Under the pieces are notes generated by a model that ran no database searches, was not told the origin of the DNA, and was given only the letters and a program-made list of their open reading frames with translations. From an uncultured Chloroflexia bacterium (GTDB taxonomy: Bacteria; Chloroflexota; Limnocylindria; Limnocylindrales; CSP1-4): 64,000 bases of DNA. The position numbers were made by a program, and so were the translations under genes. Shown here piece by piece: positions 30,198-40,713 of the stretch; position 1 is the stretch's first letter; each line of letters begins with the position of its first letter. The stretch is from positions 63,267 through 127,266 of the forward strand of contig CAWIQP010000006.1 of assembly GCA_963838285.1 (NCBI GenBank), written 5' to 3'.

Positions 30198-31091
30198 CTA
30201 TCGCTTCAGCCGCGGGTCGAGCGCTTCGCGCAGCCCGTCGCCCAGGAGGTTGAAGCCGATCGCGCTGATCACGATCGCGGCACCCGGGAAGAAGATCAGA
30301 TACGGGGCGCTCTGCAGGAAGCGCGACGAGTCGGTCAGCATCTCGCCCCACTCGGCAATTCGCGGATCGCCCGGGCCCAGACCCAGGAAGCCGAGCCCTG
30401 CAACGTCGATGATGGCCGTCGCCGCGGCCAGCGTGGCCTGAACGATCAGCGGCGTCAGGGCGTTGGGCATCATGTGCCGCAGCAGTATCCGGACTGGCGA
30501 AGCCCCCATCGAACGCGCGGCGATGACATAGTCCGACTCACGTAAGGCCAGCAGGCTACCTCGCAGCAGCCGGGCGAAGATCGGCGAGTACGAGATGCCC
30601 ACCGCAAGCATGATCTGCACCTCGCCGTGGCCGAGCCAGGCCACGATCCCGATCGCGAGCAGGATGCCGGGCACCGCAAGCAGCACGTCGATGACCCGCA
30701 TCAGGATGCCGTCGATGATGCCGCCCGCTCCACCGGCGATGGCGCCTACCGTGGTGCCGCCGATCAACCCGAAGAAGACGGCGACCACGCCGACGGAAAG
30801 GCTGATCCGAGCTCCGTAGAGGATCCGGCTGAACTCATCGTTCCCCTGGGTGTCCGTACCCATGATGTGAGCCAGGCTCGGGCCCTGCAGGGCGTTGCCC
30901 AGCTGCCCGGGCACGTTGGGGGGGTAGGGAGCGATGATCGGAGCCAGGATGGCGCCAAACACGAAGATCGAGATGAAGACAATGCCCACGATCGCCGGAC
31001 CGTTGCGCATCAGCCTCCGGAAGGCATCGTGCCAGAGCCCACGACTGACCCTCGTGGTCGACGGGACGGCGACGGCCGTGGAAGTGGCCAT
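30198..31091 (-). CDS. peptide ABC transporter permease (OppC/DppC-like), operon 1
   Basis: Membrane protein with an EAA-type loop ...[26 protein letters not shown].... The ATG at 31091 lies 1 nt after the upstream stop. Confidence 0.85.
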   Translation of the reverse strand: MATSTAVAVPSTTRVSRGLWHDAFRRLMRNGPAIVGIVFISIFVFGAILAPIIAPYPPNVPGQLGNALQGPSLAHIMGTDTQGNDEFSRILYGARISLSVGVVAVFFGLIGGTTVGAIAGGAGGIIDGILMRVIDVLLAVPGILLAIGIVAWLGHGEVQIMLAVGISYSPIFARLLRGSLLALRESDYVIAARSMGASPVRILLRHMMPNALTPLIVQATLAAATAIIDVAGLGFLGLGPGDPRIAEWGEMLTDSSRFLQSAPYLIFFPGAAIVISAIGFNLLGDGLREALDPRLKR

Positions 31092-31092
31092 G

Positions 31093-32097
31093 TCAGCTGT
31101 ACCTGATGCGCGGGTTGAGGAAGGCATAGCCCACGTCCACGATCAGGTTCACCACGAGGAAGATCGAGGCGAAGATCAGTATCAGCGACTGGACGACGAT
31201 GTAGTCGTGGTTCTGGATTGAGCTCACAACCCAAGAGCCAACTCCGTTCCAGCTGAAGACGGTCTCGGTCAGCACGGCTCCGGCCAGAAGCGCCCCGGTT
31301 TCCAGGCCGATGACGGTGGTCACCGGCAGCCAGGCGTTGCGCATGATGTGGCGGTCGTTGACACGCCGGTCGGTGAGGCCCTTTGCCCGCGCCGTCCGGA
31401 CGTAGTCCTCGTTGCTGACGTCGATGACCGAGGCGCGAGTGATCCTGGTGAACACCGCGAGGGGAATGGTGCCCAGTGCGATCGACGGCAGGACCAGGTG
31501 CGAGACGGCGTCGATGACGTACCAGTGCCCGGCCAGGATGCCGTCGATGATCGCGAAGTGGGTGACCGGATTGACGCCGAGGCGAGGATCGTTCTGGCCC
31601 AACGTGGGCAGCCAGTGGAGTTCCACGCCGAAGATGAAGGCCAGGGTGTAGCCCAGGACGAAGACCGGGATGGAGATCCCGAAGAGCGAGATCGCGGTCA
31701 CGACGCCGTCGATCCAGCTGTTGGGGTGGCGGGCGGCCAGCCTGCCCAGAGGGATCCCCAGGCCGATGGCGAAGATCATGGCCCCGATCGTCAGCTCCAC
31801 CGTGCCCGGGAAGCGGATCAGGAACGTGCCCGCGACATCCCGGCCGTCGATGAAGCTCGCACCGAAATCGCCGTGCAGCAGGCGGCCGAGATAGTCCACG
31901 TACTGAACGTAGAGGGGCTTGTCCAGACCTTCCGCGGCCGTGATCTGAGCGACCAGCTGGGGCGTGGCGTGCTGCCCCAGGATGGCCTCCGCCGGTCCCC
32001 CGCCGGGCAGCAGGCGCAGGAACAGGAAAAGGATCACCGACAGACCGAGAAGTACGGGAATTGCGACTAACAGGCGCCGGACGATGAACCTTGCCAC
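31093..32097 (-). CDS. peptide ABC transporter permease (OppB/DppB-like), operon 1
   Basis: MARFIVRRLLVAIPVLLGLSVILF... and ...DYVRTARAKGL..R.V...H.MRNA. Confidence 0.9.
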   Translation of the reverse strand: MARFIVRRLLVAIPVLLGLSVILFLFLRLLPGGGPAEAILGQHATPQLVAQITAAEGLDKPLYVQYVDYLGRLLHGDFGASFIDGRDVAGTFLIRFPGTVELTIGAMIFAIGLGIPLGRLAARHPNSWIDGVVTAISLFGISIPVFVLGYTLAFIFGVELHWLPTLGQNDPRLGVNPVTHFAIIDGILAGHWYVIDAVSHLVLPSIALGTIPLAVFTRITRASVIDVSNEDYVRTARAKGLTDRRVNDRHIMRNAWLPVTTVIGLETGALLAGAVLTETVFSWNGVGSWVVSSIQNHDYIVVQSLILIFASIFLVVNLIVDVGYAFLNPRIRYS

Positions 32098-32214
32098 GCT
32101 GTCAGGAGATTCCTCCGCGGATAGCAGCCCCCCGGGGTCTGGGTCGACCCCGGGGGGCCCGTTTCACCGAATGTTACCGCGCTGCCGGGCGGCCTCGCCG
32201 CGCGACAACGTGCG

Positions 32215-33967
32215 TTACTGGGACAGCCAGACGGTGTTCAGGTATTCGATGCCGTTGCTGGCACCGACGTATCCATGAACCTTGGAAGTGTATGCCCCAG
32301 GCGGCTGAGAGTTCACGATCGGAACCACCGGGAGATCCTGAGCGAGGTCATCCTGGACCTGGGCCCAGTCGGCGTTGGCGGCGTCGGCCGTCGGCTCCTG
32401 CAGAGCCTTCAGCATCAGCGCGTTGGCCGCGTCGTTCTTCCAGCCGAACTGCGGGTTCGGCTTTCCGCCCTGGTACCCGAACCATGCGGTGTACAGGAAG
32501 TTGTCGGCGCCGGCCCAGTCGCAAGTCCAGCCGAAGAGGTACAGCGGCAGCTTGCCGGCGGTGGCGTCGCTGACGTAGCCGCCGTGCCAGTCCTCGGTCT
32601 TGAGGGTGACCGTGAATCCGGCGGCGGTGAGGTCATTGGCGATGGCCGTGGCGATGCCCTTCGGATCGGGCATGTACGGTCGCACGACGTTGGAGGGGTA
32701 GTAGAGGTCGATGTTCAGGGCGGAGCCGGTCACGCCGGAGGCTGTGAGATCGGCCTTTGCCTGAGTGACGCTGTACGCGGGCAGGGTCTCGGCCTTGAAG
32801 CCGATGGTGGCCGGCGGCATGAAGCCCGTCGGCACGTTGCCCAGTCCGGAGTAGAACGCCGTGACGTAGCTCTGCTTGTTCACGGCCTCGGAGATCGCCA
32901 GGCGGACGTTCTTGTTGGCGTAGATGGTCGCCTTGCCGCCAACGCTCTGGTTCATGTCGAGGTTGAGCTGGTTGCAGGACTGGCCGCGATCGATGATCGT
33001 CAGCCCAGCGCCCTGGGCCGTCTTGACGTCAAGCGGCGAGAGCGAGAAGGCCGCGTCGACGGTGCCGGACTGCAGATCCTGCAGGGTGGCGGTTTCGTCG
33101 CCGACGGGCTTGAAGGTGACCTGGTCGAGGTGAGCCGCGTTGGCGGCATCCCAGTAGGTGGGGTTCTTGACCAGAGTGATGTGGTCGCCCGGAACCCATT
33201 CCTTGAAGATGAACGGACCGGTGCCGACCATGTCCTGACCCTGCGGAAGCTGGCCCTGGGCGTACTTGTTGGACGCGATGGGCGTCGTGTCCGCGTTGCC
33301 GGCCTTGAGCGCGGCCGGGCTCTCGATGCCGAAGACGGCAAGAGTCGAGGCCAGCTCGAAGTTGGACTGCGGGGTCTTGAGGGTTATGACGAAGGTCTGC
33401 TCGTCCGGGGCCGCCACTGACGCGACGTTGGAGGCCGTCCCGAAACCGCCGAAGACCGCGCCGTAGTAGTACGCGTTGTCCTGGAGATCACCCTTGGGGA
33501 AGGCCTGCCAGCGCTGGTAGTTGTAGACGACGGCGTCCGCATTGAAGTCGGTGCCGTCCTGGAACTTGATGCCGGTCCGGAGCTTGAACGTGTAGGTCAA
33601 GCCGTCGGAGCTGACCGTCGGCAGGGCGGCGGCCAGAACTGGAACGACCGTGCTGATCGTGCCGGGCTGCAGCCCGAGCAGGCCCTGGACGACCTGGGCC
33701 TCGACGAACAACGAGTTGCCGTCGCTGACGAGCGCCGGATCGGCGAGCACCATGTCGCCGTTGAGCGCGTACACCATGGTCCCGCCTTCGACCGCGGTCG
33801 AAGCCGGAGTTGCCGCCGCGGTCGCCTGGGACGTTACCGCGGCCGTCGGGCGCGGCCTGCGTTGCCGCGGCCTGTGTGGGCGCGGCCGGCGTGGCCGTCG
33901 CCGCGCTGCTGCTGCAGGCAGTGGCGACCATTGCCACCACCGCCACCAATGAGGCTAGACGCTTCAT
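32215..33967 (-). CDS. family-5 (OppA/DppA-like) solute-binding lipoprotein, with signal peptide and mature domain in different frames
   Basis: 33967 downward reads MKRLASLVAVVAMVATAC SSSAATATPAAPTQAAATQAAP. The rest reads one frame over as ...TAAVTSQATAAATPASTAVEGGTMVYALNGDMV...FKLRTGIKFQDGTDFNA.... The span is 1753 nt, which is 3n+1. Confidence 0.75.
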
Positions 33968-33995
33968 CTCACTCCCTTGCTGGTAGTCGCCTTTC

Positions 33996-34040
33996 AGGGG
34001 AACCGGCAGCGATCGCGCCTTCGGCGCGATTGGTTCCCCT
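33996..34040. other. strong GC hairpin between the two peptide-transporter operons
   Basis: AGGGGAACC...ATCGCGC-CTTCG-GCGCGAT...GGTTCCCCT, a 9-bp outer stem and a 7-bp inner stem. No U-tract on the transcribed (minus) strand. Confidence 0.4.
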
Positions 34041-34137
34041 ATCTGGCTGGTGCGCGGCGTCCTGGGCTCAGAGCGCCGCCACGCCGCGTCACCGTACAGC
34101 AGACCGGCCGAACTTGCATAGGCCGTATCCGGAATGG

Positions 34138-35289
34138 CTACTCGGGCGCAACCGCCGTGTCTATGATCGATTGCGCGGCTGCCGCCTCCTGGGCCGCCTG
34201 CGCCGTCGCCTGCTCCGCGAAGTGGCAGGCCACCTGGTGGCCGTCACCCATGATCCGGAGAGGCGGCTCGGTCGCGGAGCATTCGGCCGGATTGCCCAGC
34301 CGCTCACGCAGCCAGCAGCGGGTATGGAAGTGGCAGCCGGACGGCGGGTTGGCCGGCGAGGGTACGTCGCCCTTCAGAACGAGCCTCCGCATATGCACCC
34401 GCGGATCCGGCACCGGTATGGCCGAGAGCAGGGCCACCGAGTACGGATGCAGAGGGCTGTCGTAGAGGACGCTCGTCGTCGCCACCTCGACGAGCTTGCC
34501 CAGGTACATGACGCCGATCCGATCGCAGAAGTACTCCACGACGGACAGGTTGTGGGCGATGAACAGGTAGGTCAGGTTGAACTCCGCCCTCAGATCTGAG
34601 AGCAGGTTGAGAATCTGCGATTGGATCGAAACGTCCAGGGCGGAGACAGGCTCGTCGCAGACGACGAACTCCGGGTCGAGGGCGAGAGCGCGGGCGATGC
34701 CGATGCGCTGCCGCTGGCCGCCGGAGAATTCGTGCGGATATCGGCGCGCGTAATCGCGCCGGAGGCCCACGGCCTCCAGGTAGTCGCCGACGCGCCGATC
34801 TCGGATCGAGCGCGTGCCCCAACCGTTCGTCTTGTCGGCCTGGGCCAGAAGGCCCTCGCCGATGATGTCGCTGATGGGCATGCGGGGGTTCAGCGACCCG
34901 TACGGGTCCTGGAAGATGATCTGCATGCGGCGCCGCATCCGCTTCAGAGGCTGCGACTTCAGCGCCAGGACGTCCTGGCCGGCCATCGAGACGGAACCGC
35001 CGGTCGCCTTCTCCAGCCGCAGGATCGTCCGCCCGAAGGTCGTCTTGCCGCAGCCGGACTCCCCCACGAGGCCGAACTTCTCACCGCGGTAGATCTGCAG
35101 GCTGACGTCGTCGACGGCATAGACGCTGCCGATCTGGTGGCGGAGCACGCCGCCCATGATGGGGAAGTACTTCTTGACGTTCCTCGCATCGACGAGGACT
35201 TCGGCCCCGGTTGATGGGGTGGCGCCTGCGGGCCCGGCGGACGCCGTCGCGGCGGCGGGTTCGGTGGTCGAGTTCATCGCGTCGCTCAC
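34138..35289 (-). CDS. peptide ABC transporter ATP-binding protein (OppF-like), operon 2
   Basis: [44 protein letters not shown]...CHFHTRC. The start is either GTG 35289 (2 nt after the upstream stop) or ATG 35277. Confidence 0.85.
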   Translation of the reverse strand: MSDAMNSTTEPAAATASAGPAGATPSTGAEVLVDARNVKKYFPIMGGVLRHQIGSVYAVDDVSLQIYRGEKFGLVGESGCGKTTFGRTILRLEKATGGSVSMAGQDVLALKSQPLKRMRRRMQIIFQDPYGSLNPRMPISDIIGEGLLAQADKTNGWGTRSIRDRRVGDYLEAVGLRRDYARRYPHEFSGGQRQRIGIARALALDPEFVVCDEPVSALDVSIQSQILNLLSDLRAEFNLTYLFIAHNLSVVEYFCDRIGVMYLGKLVEVATTSVLYDSPLHPYSVALLSAIPVPDPRVHMRRLVLKGDVPSPANPPSGCHFHTRCWLRERLGNPAECSATEPPLRIMGDGHQVACHFAEQATAQAAQEAAAAQSIIDTAVAPE

Positions 35290-35290
35290 T

Positions 35291-36366
<1,076 letters not shown>

Positions 36367-36370
<4 letters not shown>

Positions 36371-37344
36371 TCGCGGCTCCTCGGATCGAGGGCGTCCCGG
36401 AGACCGTCGCCCATGAAGTTGATTCCCAGAACGGTGATCACGATCGCCAGGCCCGGGAACAGCGTCCACCACCAGTTGCCCTGCCCGACGAAGTCGAGGC
36501 CACCGGTCAGGATGTTGCCCCAGGTCGGGACCTGGGCCGGGTCGACGCCGTAGCCCAGGAAGCTGACGAACGCCTCGCCGATGATCACTCCAGCGACGGA
36601 GAGCGTCGTCGCCACGATGATCGGGCTGACGGCGTTCGGCAGGATGTGCCGGAAGATGATCCTCATGTCGCTGACTCCGACCGCCCGAGCGGCGTCCACG
36701 AAGACCTCGGTGCGGAGGCTCAGGAAAAGGCTGCGCACGAGCCGGGCGAGTCCCGGCCAGCCGAGCACAGCGAAAACGATGAGGATGACCCTCCAGTCGC
36801 CGTTACCGATCACCTTGGCGCACCAGATGATCACGAACAGGATCGGCACGCTGAGCATGATGTCGACGATGCGCATCAGCACGTTGTCGATCCAGCCGCC
36901 GAAGTAGCCGGCGATGCCGCCCACGATCGTACCGATGACCGCCGAGAAAACCGACGCGCCGATTCCGATCATGAGCGAGATCCGGGCGCCGTTGACGACC
37001 AGTGTCAGCAGGTCCAGCCGGAGGCTGCCCGTGGTCCCAAGGATGTGGCCCGGGGTGAGCGGGGGGCAGCCGCTGTAGGCGAGCAGGGTCGTGCTGCCTT
37101 CGCAGAGCTTCGACGTGAATGACGGCACGTACTGCGGGTCGTAGGGCAGCAGCAGCGGACCGAATATGGCGATCGCGACCATGCCCAGAAACAGACAGGC
37201 CCCGAAGAAGCCCAGCTTGTGTTTCTTGAAGCGGCGCCACGCGAGCTGCCACTGGTTCAGCGAAACCAGGGCGACCTCGTAGTCCGCGGTCGGTCCACCG
37301 CTGGGCGGCAGCTCGACATCCTCAATGCGGGGGTCCACGCGCAA
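36367..37344 (-). CDS. peptide ABC transporter permease (OppC-like), operon 2
   Basis: Membrane protein with ...VFVDAARAVGVSDMRIIFRHILPN.... Confidence 0.9.
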
Positions 37345-37348
37345 TTCC

Positions 37349-38449
37349 TCAGTCGTACTTCACGCGGGGATCGACCACCGCGTACATGACGTCAGCCAGA
37401 AGGTTCGCGAAGACGACGAATACCGATGAGATGAGAAGGATCCCCATCAGAACCGGGTAGTCGGTGTGCCCCACGGACTCGACGAACTGCCGTCCCATGC
37501 CGGGCCAGGAGAAAATCGTCTCCGTAGCCACGGCCCCGCCGAATATGAACGGAATCTCCAGGCCGATGTTGGTGACCACCGGGAGCAGCGCGTTCCGCAA
37601 TGCGTGGCGGAACACGACGGTCCTCTCAGGAACGCCCTTGGCTCGCGCCGTCTTCACATAGTCCTGGTTGAGCGAATCGAGCATGCTCGAGCGGATGAAA
37701 CGCGAGTCGCCGGCGATGCTGACGAGGACGAGCGTCAACACCGGCAGAGCCAGATGCCTGGCAAGGTCCTGGAGCGCATTCAGCGGCTGCGCACCGACAA
37801 AGGCCCAGTAGTCGCTCGTGCCGAAGACGGGCACGGTTCGAGCGTCCCACATGCCGCTCGCAGGGAACCATTTGAATGGATCGCCCTCCGCTAACAAGGT
37901 GATCAGGATCAAACCCAACCAGAAGGTCGGCAGGGAGTAGCCGATGTAGTTAAAGATCGTCAGGGCGGAGTCGAAAAGCCCGTAGCGACGGACGGCCGCG
38001 TACACGCCCATGACGAGAGCCAGCGTGATCCAGATCAGGTAAGCCGTGCCGGTGAGGATGATCGTCGGCAGAAGCCGGTCGCCGATGACGGCGACGACCG
38101 TCCGGCCGTCATCGATCGAGTAGCCGAGATCGCCGTGCAGGATGCCGTTGTCCCCGCCCGGCAGGCTGATCGACAGGCCCGCGACGTTGAGCGTGCCTCC
38201 GGGCAATGCGTTCAGCACGCCCTTGTCGCCGCACACGCCGAGCCACTTGCAGTACTGCTCCGGCAGCGGATCGGACAGGCCCCATCGATGCTCGAAGGCG
38301 GCAATCTGGGCCTGGGTGATCTTGGGGTTCTGGGCAAAGCGGTCGGCAGGGTTACCCGGCTGCAGGTGCATCAACACGAAGCACACGACCGTGATGCCGA
38401 TCAGGACGGGTATGGCCTGCAGGCTGCGTCTGACTATGTACTTGATCAT
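37349..38449 (-). CDS. peptide ABC transporter permease (OppB-like), operon 2
   Basis: MIKYIVRRSLQAIPVLIGITVVCF... and ...DYVKTARAKGVPER.V...HALRNA. Confidence 0.9.
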   Translation of the reverse strand: MIKYIVRRSLQAIPVLIGITVVCFVLMHLQPGNPADRFAQNPKITQAQIAAFEHRWGLSDPLPEQYCKWLGVCGDKGVLNALPGGTLNVAGLSISLPGGDNGILHGDLGYSIDDGRTVVAVIGDRLLPTIILTGTAYLIWITLALVMGVYAAVRRYGLFDSALTIFNYIGYSLPTFWLGLILITLLAEGDPFKWFPASGMWDARTVPVFGTSDYWAFVGAQPLNALQDLARHLALPVLTLVLVSIAGDSRFIRSSMLDSLNQDYVKTARAKGVPERTVVFRHALRNALLPVVTNIGLEIPFIFGGAVATETIFSWPGMGRQFVESVGHTDYPVLMGILLISSVFVVFANLLADVMYAVVDPRVKYD

Positions 38450-38555
38450 GGATCTCGCTCGTATGTGAGAGAGGGCGGCGGACCTTGTGGGCCCGTCGCC
38501 CTCTCTTGACGACTAGCTGCGGCGACAGATCGCTAGATCAGTCGACGGAGTGGGA

Positions 38556-40382
38556 TCAGCCAACCCACCAGTCGCCGATGTTCCATTCGGCGGCGCTGGT
38601 TGTCGGGTTGCCCGTGAAGTTGTGGAGCTTGGGATTCACGAGCCAGACGTCCTTGCGGTAGTAGAGCGGAAGCTCGTACGTGTTCTGGTCGGAACCGTAG
38701 ATGTCCTGAACGGTGTACATCGCGTCGCGAACCTTCGAGAAGTCGACGTTCGTGAGGACGGTGAGGTATGCGCTGTCGAGAACCGGCAGGCTGATGCGAG
38801 TCACGTTCTGGCCGTCGTGCGGTGGATTGTCGGGAATGCCGACGGTGGTGTAGACCAGGTAGCCGCCCAGCGGATCGAGCGGCGAGACATACGCGAACTC
38901 GGCCACGTCGAAGTTCCCATGGACGCAGGTTGCAGGCGTGTTGTGGCCGAAACGTGCCGTTCCATCCGCCGAAGACGTCAGAAGACAGGCTTGGCGTTGA
39001 CATCGACCTTGATGCCGATCGCCTTCAGCTGCGAGGCAATGAGCTTGAGCGTGTCCTGACGAACCTGGCGGGTCGTGGTGCAGTACATCAAGCTCGAGCG
39101 TCTTGCCGCCCTTGGTCAGGTAGCCGTCGGAGCCCATGGTCCAGCCGGCGTTGGCCAGCATGGTGGACGCGGTGGTCGGATCGGCCGCGGTCGATCCGCC
39201 GAGGTCCTTGTAGTACCAGGTCAGCGGCGAGATGAAGTTGTTGCTGACCGTCACGTTGCCGGCGAGAGGCCCGTTGGCGATGGCCTGGCGGTCGGTCGCG
39301 AGCTTGACGGCCTGGATGATCGTGGTGGCGTCGCCGCCGAACTCGCTCTTGAGCCGGTCGTTGTTGAACGCGTTCAGCTCATAGGTGAGCGAGTCGTGGA
39401 TGACGACCTGCGACTTGTCGATCGAGGCCAGCGACGGGATGTCGGCGTCGTTGAGGTCCTGGCCGAGGTCGTACTCACCGGCCTGGTAGCCGGCGATCAT
39501 CGTCTCGGCATCGCCGTAGTACTTCAGGATGACCGAGTCGAGATACGGCGCATGACCGCCGATGGTCTGCCAGTTCGGGTTCGGCTTGAGGGTGATCTGG
39601 GCGTCGGTCTTGAGATCGGTCGGGATGTACGGGCCGCTGTAGACGCCGCTGGAGACGTTGTCGAGCGGGTACAGCTTGGTCGGGGCATCCGCGACCGAGA
39701 CGGTCGAGATGTAGTGAGCCGGGAGCACCGGGGAGATCAGGCTCAGGTAGCCCTCGTAGATCGCGTTGAAGTGGACCACGCAGGTGGTGGTGGTGCCGCC
39801 GTCAACGCCGGTGATGTTCTCCCAGCCGACGGTTCCGCCGGCAAGGCCGGTATTGGCCGGGTCCATGACCCACTGCCAGGTGGCCTTGACGTCGTCGCAG
39901 TTGATCGGCTGGCCGTCCGACCACTTCATGTTGGGCTTGAGGTTCCAGGTCACGTCCATGCCCGCGCCCTTGAGAACGACACCGCCGTTGTCAACGGTCG
40001 GAACGTTCGAGGCAAGGTCGGGGGCGTACTTCAGGTCCGGAGTGACCGTGAGAAGCCCGTCGAACATGCTGCCGGAGGCTTCGATGTCGGTCTCGGCCTG
40101 GGCGTAGTAGGGATTGAGCGTGTCCGGGAACTGCCACTCGGCTACGACGATGGAGCCACCCGTGGTGGTCGCCGGGGTCGCCTGGTACGTCGAGCCGGTG
40201 AGCCCGACCGTGAAGGCCGTGGGCGATGCGCCCGGGGCGGCACTCGTGGCCACGGGAGCCGCCGTAGGTGTGGTCGTCGTCGGCGCCGGCGCCGTTGTCG
40301 GCGATGGCGTGGCCGTGGACGAGCTACAGGCAGTCGCCACCAGGACCGCGGCTGTGAGAACGCTGATCAGACGTTTACGCAT
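38556..40382 (-). CDS. family-5 solute-binding lipoprotein, operon 2, with a roughly 55-codon internal stretch out of frame (three +1 shifts)
   Basis: Lipobox LVATAC, with clear SBP_bac_5-like N- and C-terminal parts in one frame. Between about 39096 and 38925 the sensible reading steps through the other two frames (YCTTTRQVRQDTLKLIASQLKAIGIKVDVNAKPV, then SDVFGGWNGT) before returning to frame (GHNTPATCVHGNFDVAEFA). Confidence 0.8.
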   Translation of the reverse strand: MRKRLISVLTAAVLVATACSSSTATPSPTTAPAPTTTTPTAAPVATSAAPGASPTAFTVGLTGSTYQATPATTTGGSIVVAEWQFPDTLNPYYAQAETDIEASGSMFDGLLTVTPDLKYAPDLASNVPTVDNGGVVLKGAGMDVTWNLKPNMKWSDGQPINCDDVKATWQWVMDPANTGLAGGTVGWENITGVDGGTTTTCVVHFNAIYEGYLSLISPVLPAHYISTVSVADAPTKLYPLDNVSSGVYSGPYIPTDLKTDAQITLKPNPNWQTIGGHAPYLDSVILKYYGDAETMIAGYQAGEYDLGQDLNDADIPSLASIDKSQVVIHDSLTYELNAFNNDRLKSEFGGDATTIIQAVKLATDRQAIANGPLAGNVTVSNNFISPLTWYYKDLGGSTAADPTTASTMLANAGWTMGSDGYLTKGGKTLELDVLHHDPPGSSGHAQAHCLAAEGDRHQGRCQRQACLLTSSADGTARFGHNTPATCVHGNFDVAEFAYVSPLDPLGGYLVYTTVGIPDNPPHDGQNVTRISLPVLDSAYLTVLTNVDFSKVRDAMYTVQDIYGSDQNTYELPLYYRKDVWLVNPKLHNFTGNPTTSAAEWNIGDWWVG

Positions 40383-40519
40383 CTAGGCGCCTCCCTAAAC
40401 AAGTCCAACCCAACCGCCGAGGCTAGGGCCTTCGGCATTTCGCCCTCCATCAAGGAAAGCCGGGACTCGACATCGCTTGCATCTGGGCTATGGGCATTGT
40501 CGGGCTGTAACTTGGTCGT

Positions 40520-40548
40520 ACTATGCCCAGGCACCGTGCCAGTGTCAA
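40520..40548 (-). promoter_or_regulatory. sigma70-like promoter TTGACA-17-CATAGT upstream of peptide-transporter operon 2
   Basis: On the minus strand, TTGACA lies at 40543-40548, followed by a 17-nt spacer and CATAGT at 40520-40525. It sits about 135 nt upstream of the ATG at 40382, and AGGGAGG precedes that ATG. Confidence 0.5.
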
Positions 40549-40713
40549 ACGATCCATGCCCCACCGTACGATCGTCGAGGGCCGTCCGCCGGCCGGCAAG
40601 CACCGGGCCGACGCCGCCTGACCCCAAGGACTCTACAAATAGGCTCAAGGCGTCGCCCGGTCTGCCTATTACCGCAGCAAAGCGGTCCGAACCAGCCAAT
40701 AGCCCGTATTTAC

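Noticed and set aside
33488-33967. Independent 159-aa ORF, and the 156-aa ORF at 38533-39003.
   Set aside because: Only the first 40 or so residues of the former (a lipoprotein signal peptide) and the first 18 or so of the latter (SSDVFGGWNGT) look real. Both are fragments of the adjacent binding-protein genes displaced by frameshifts.
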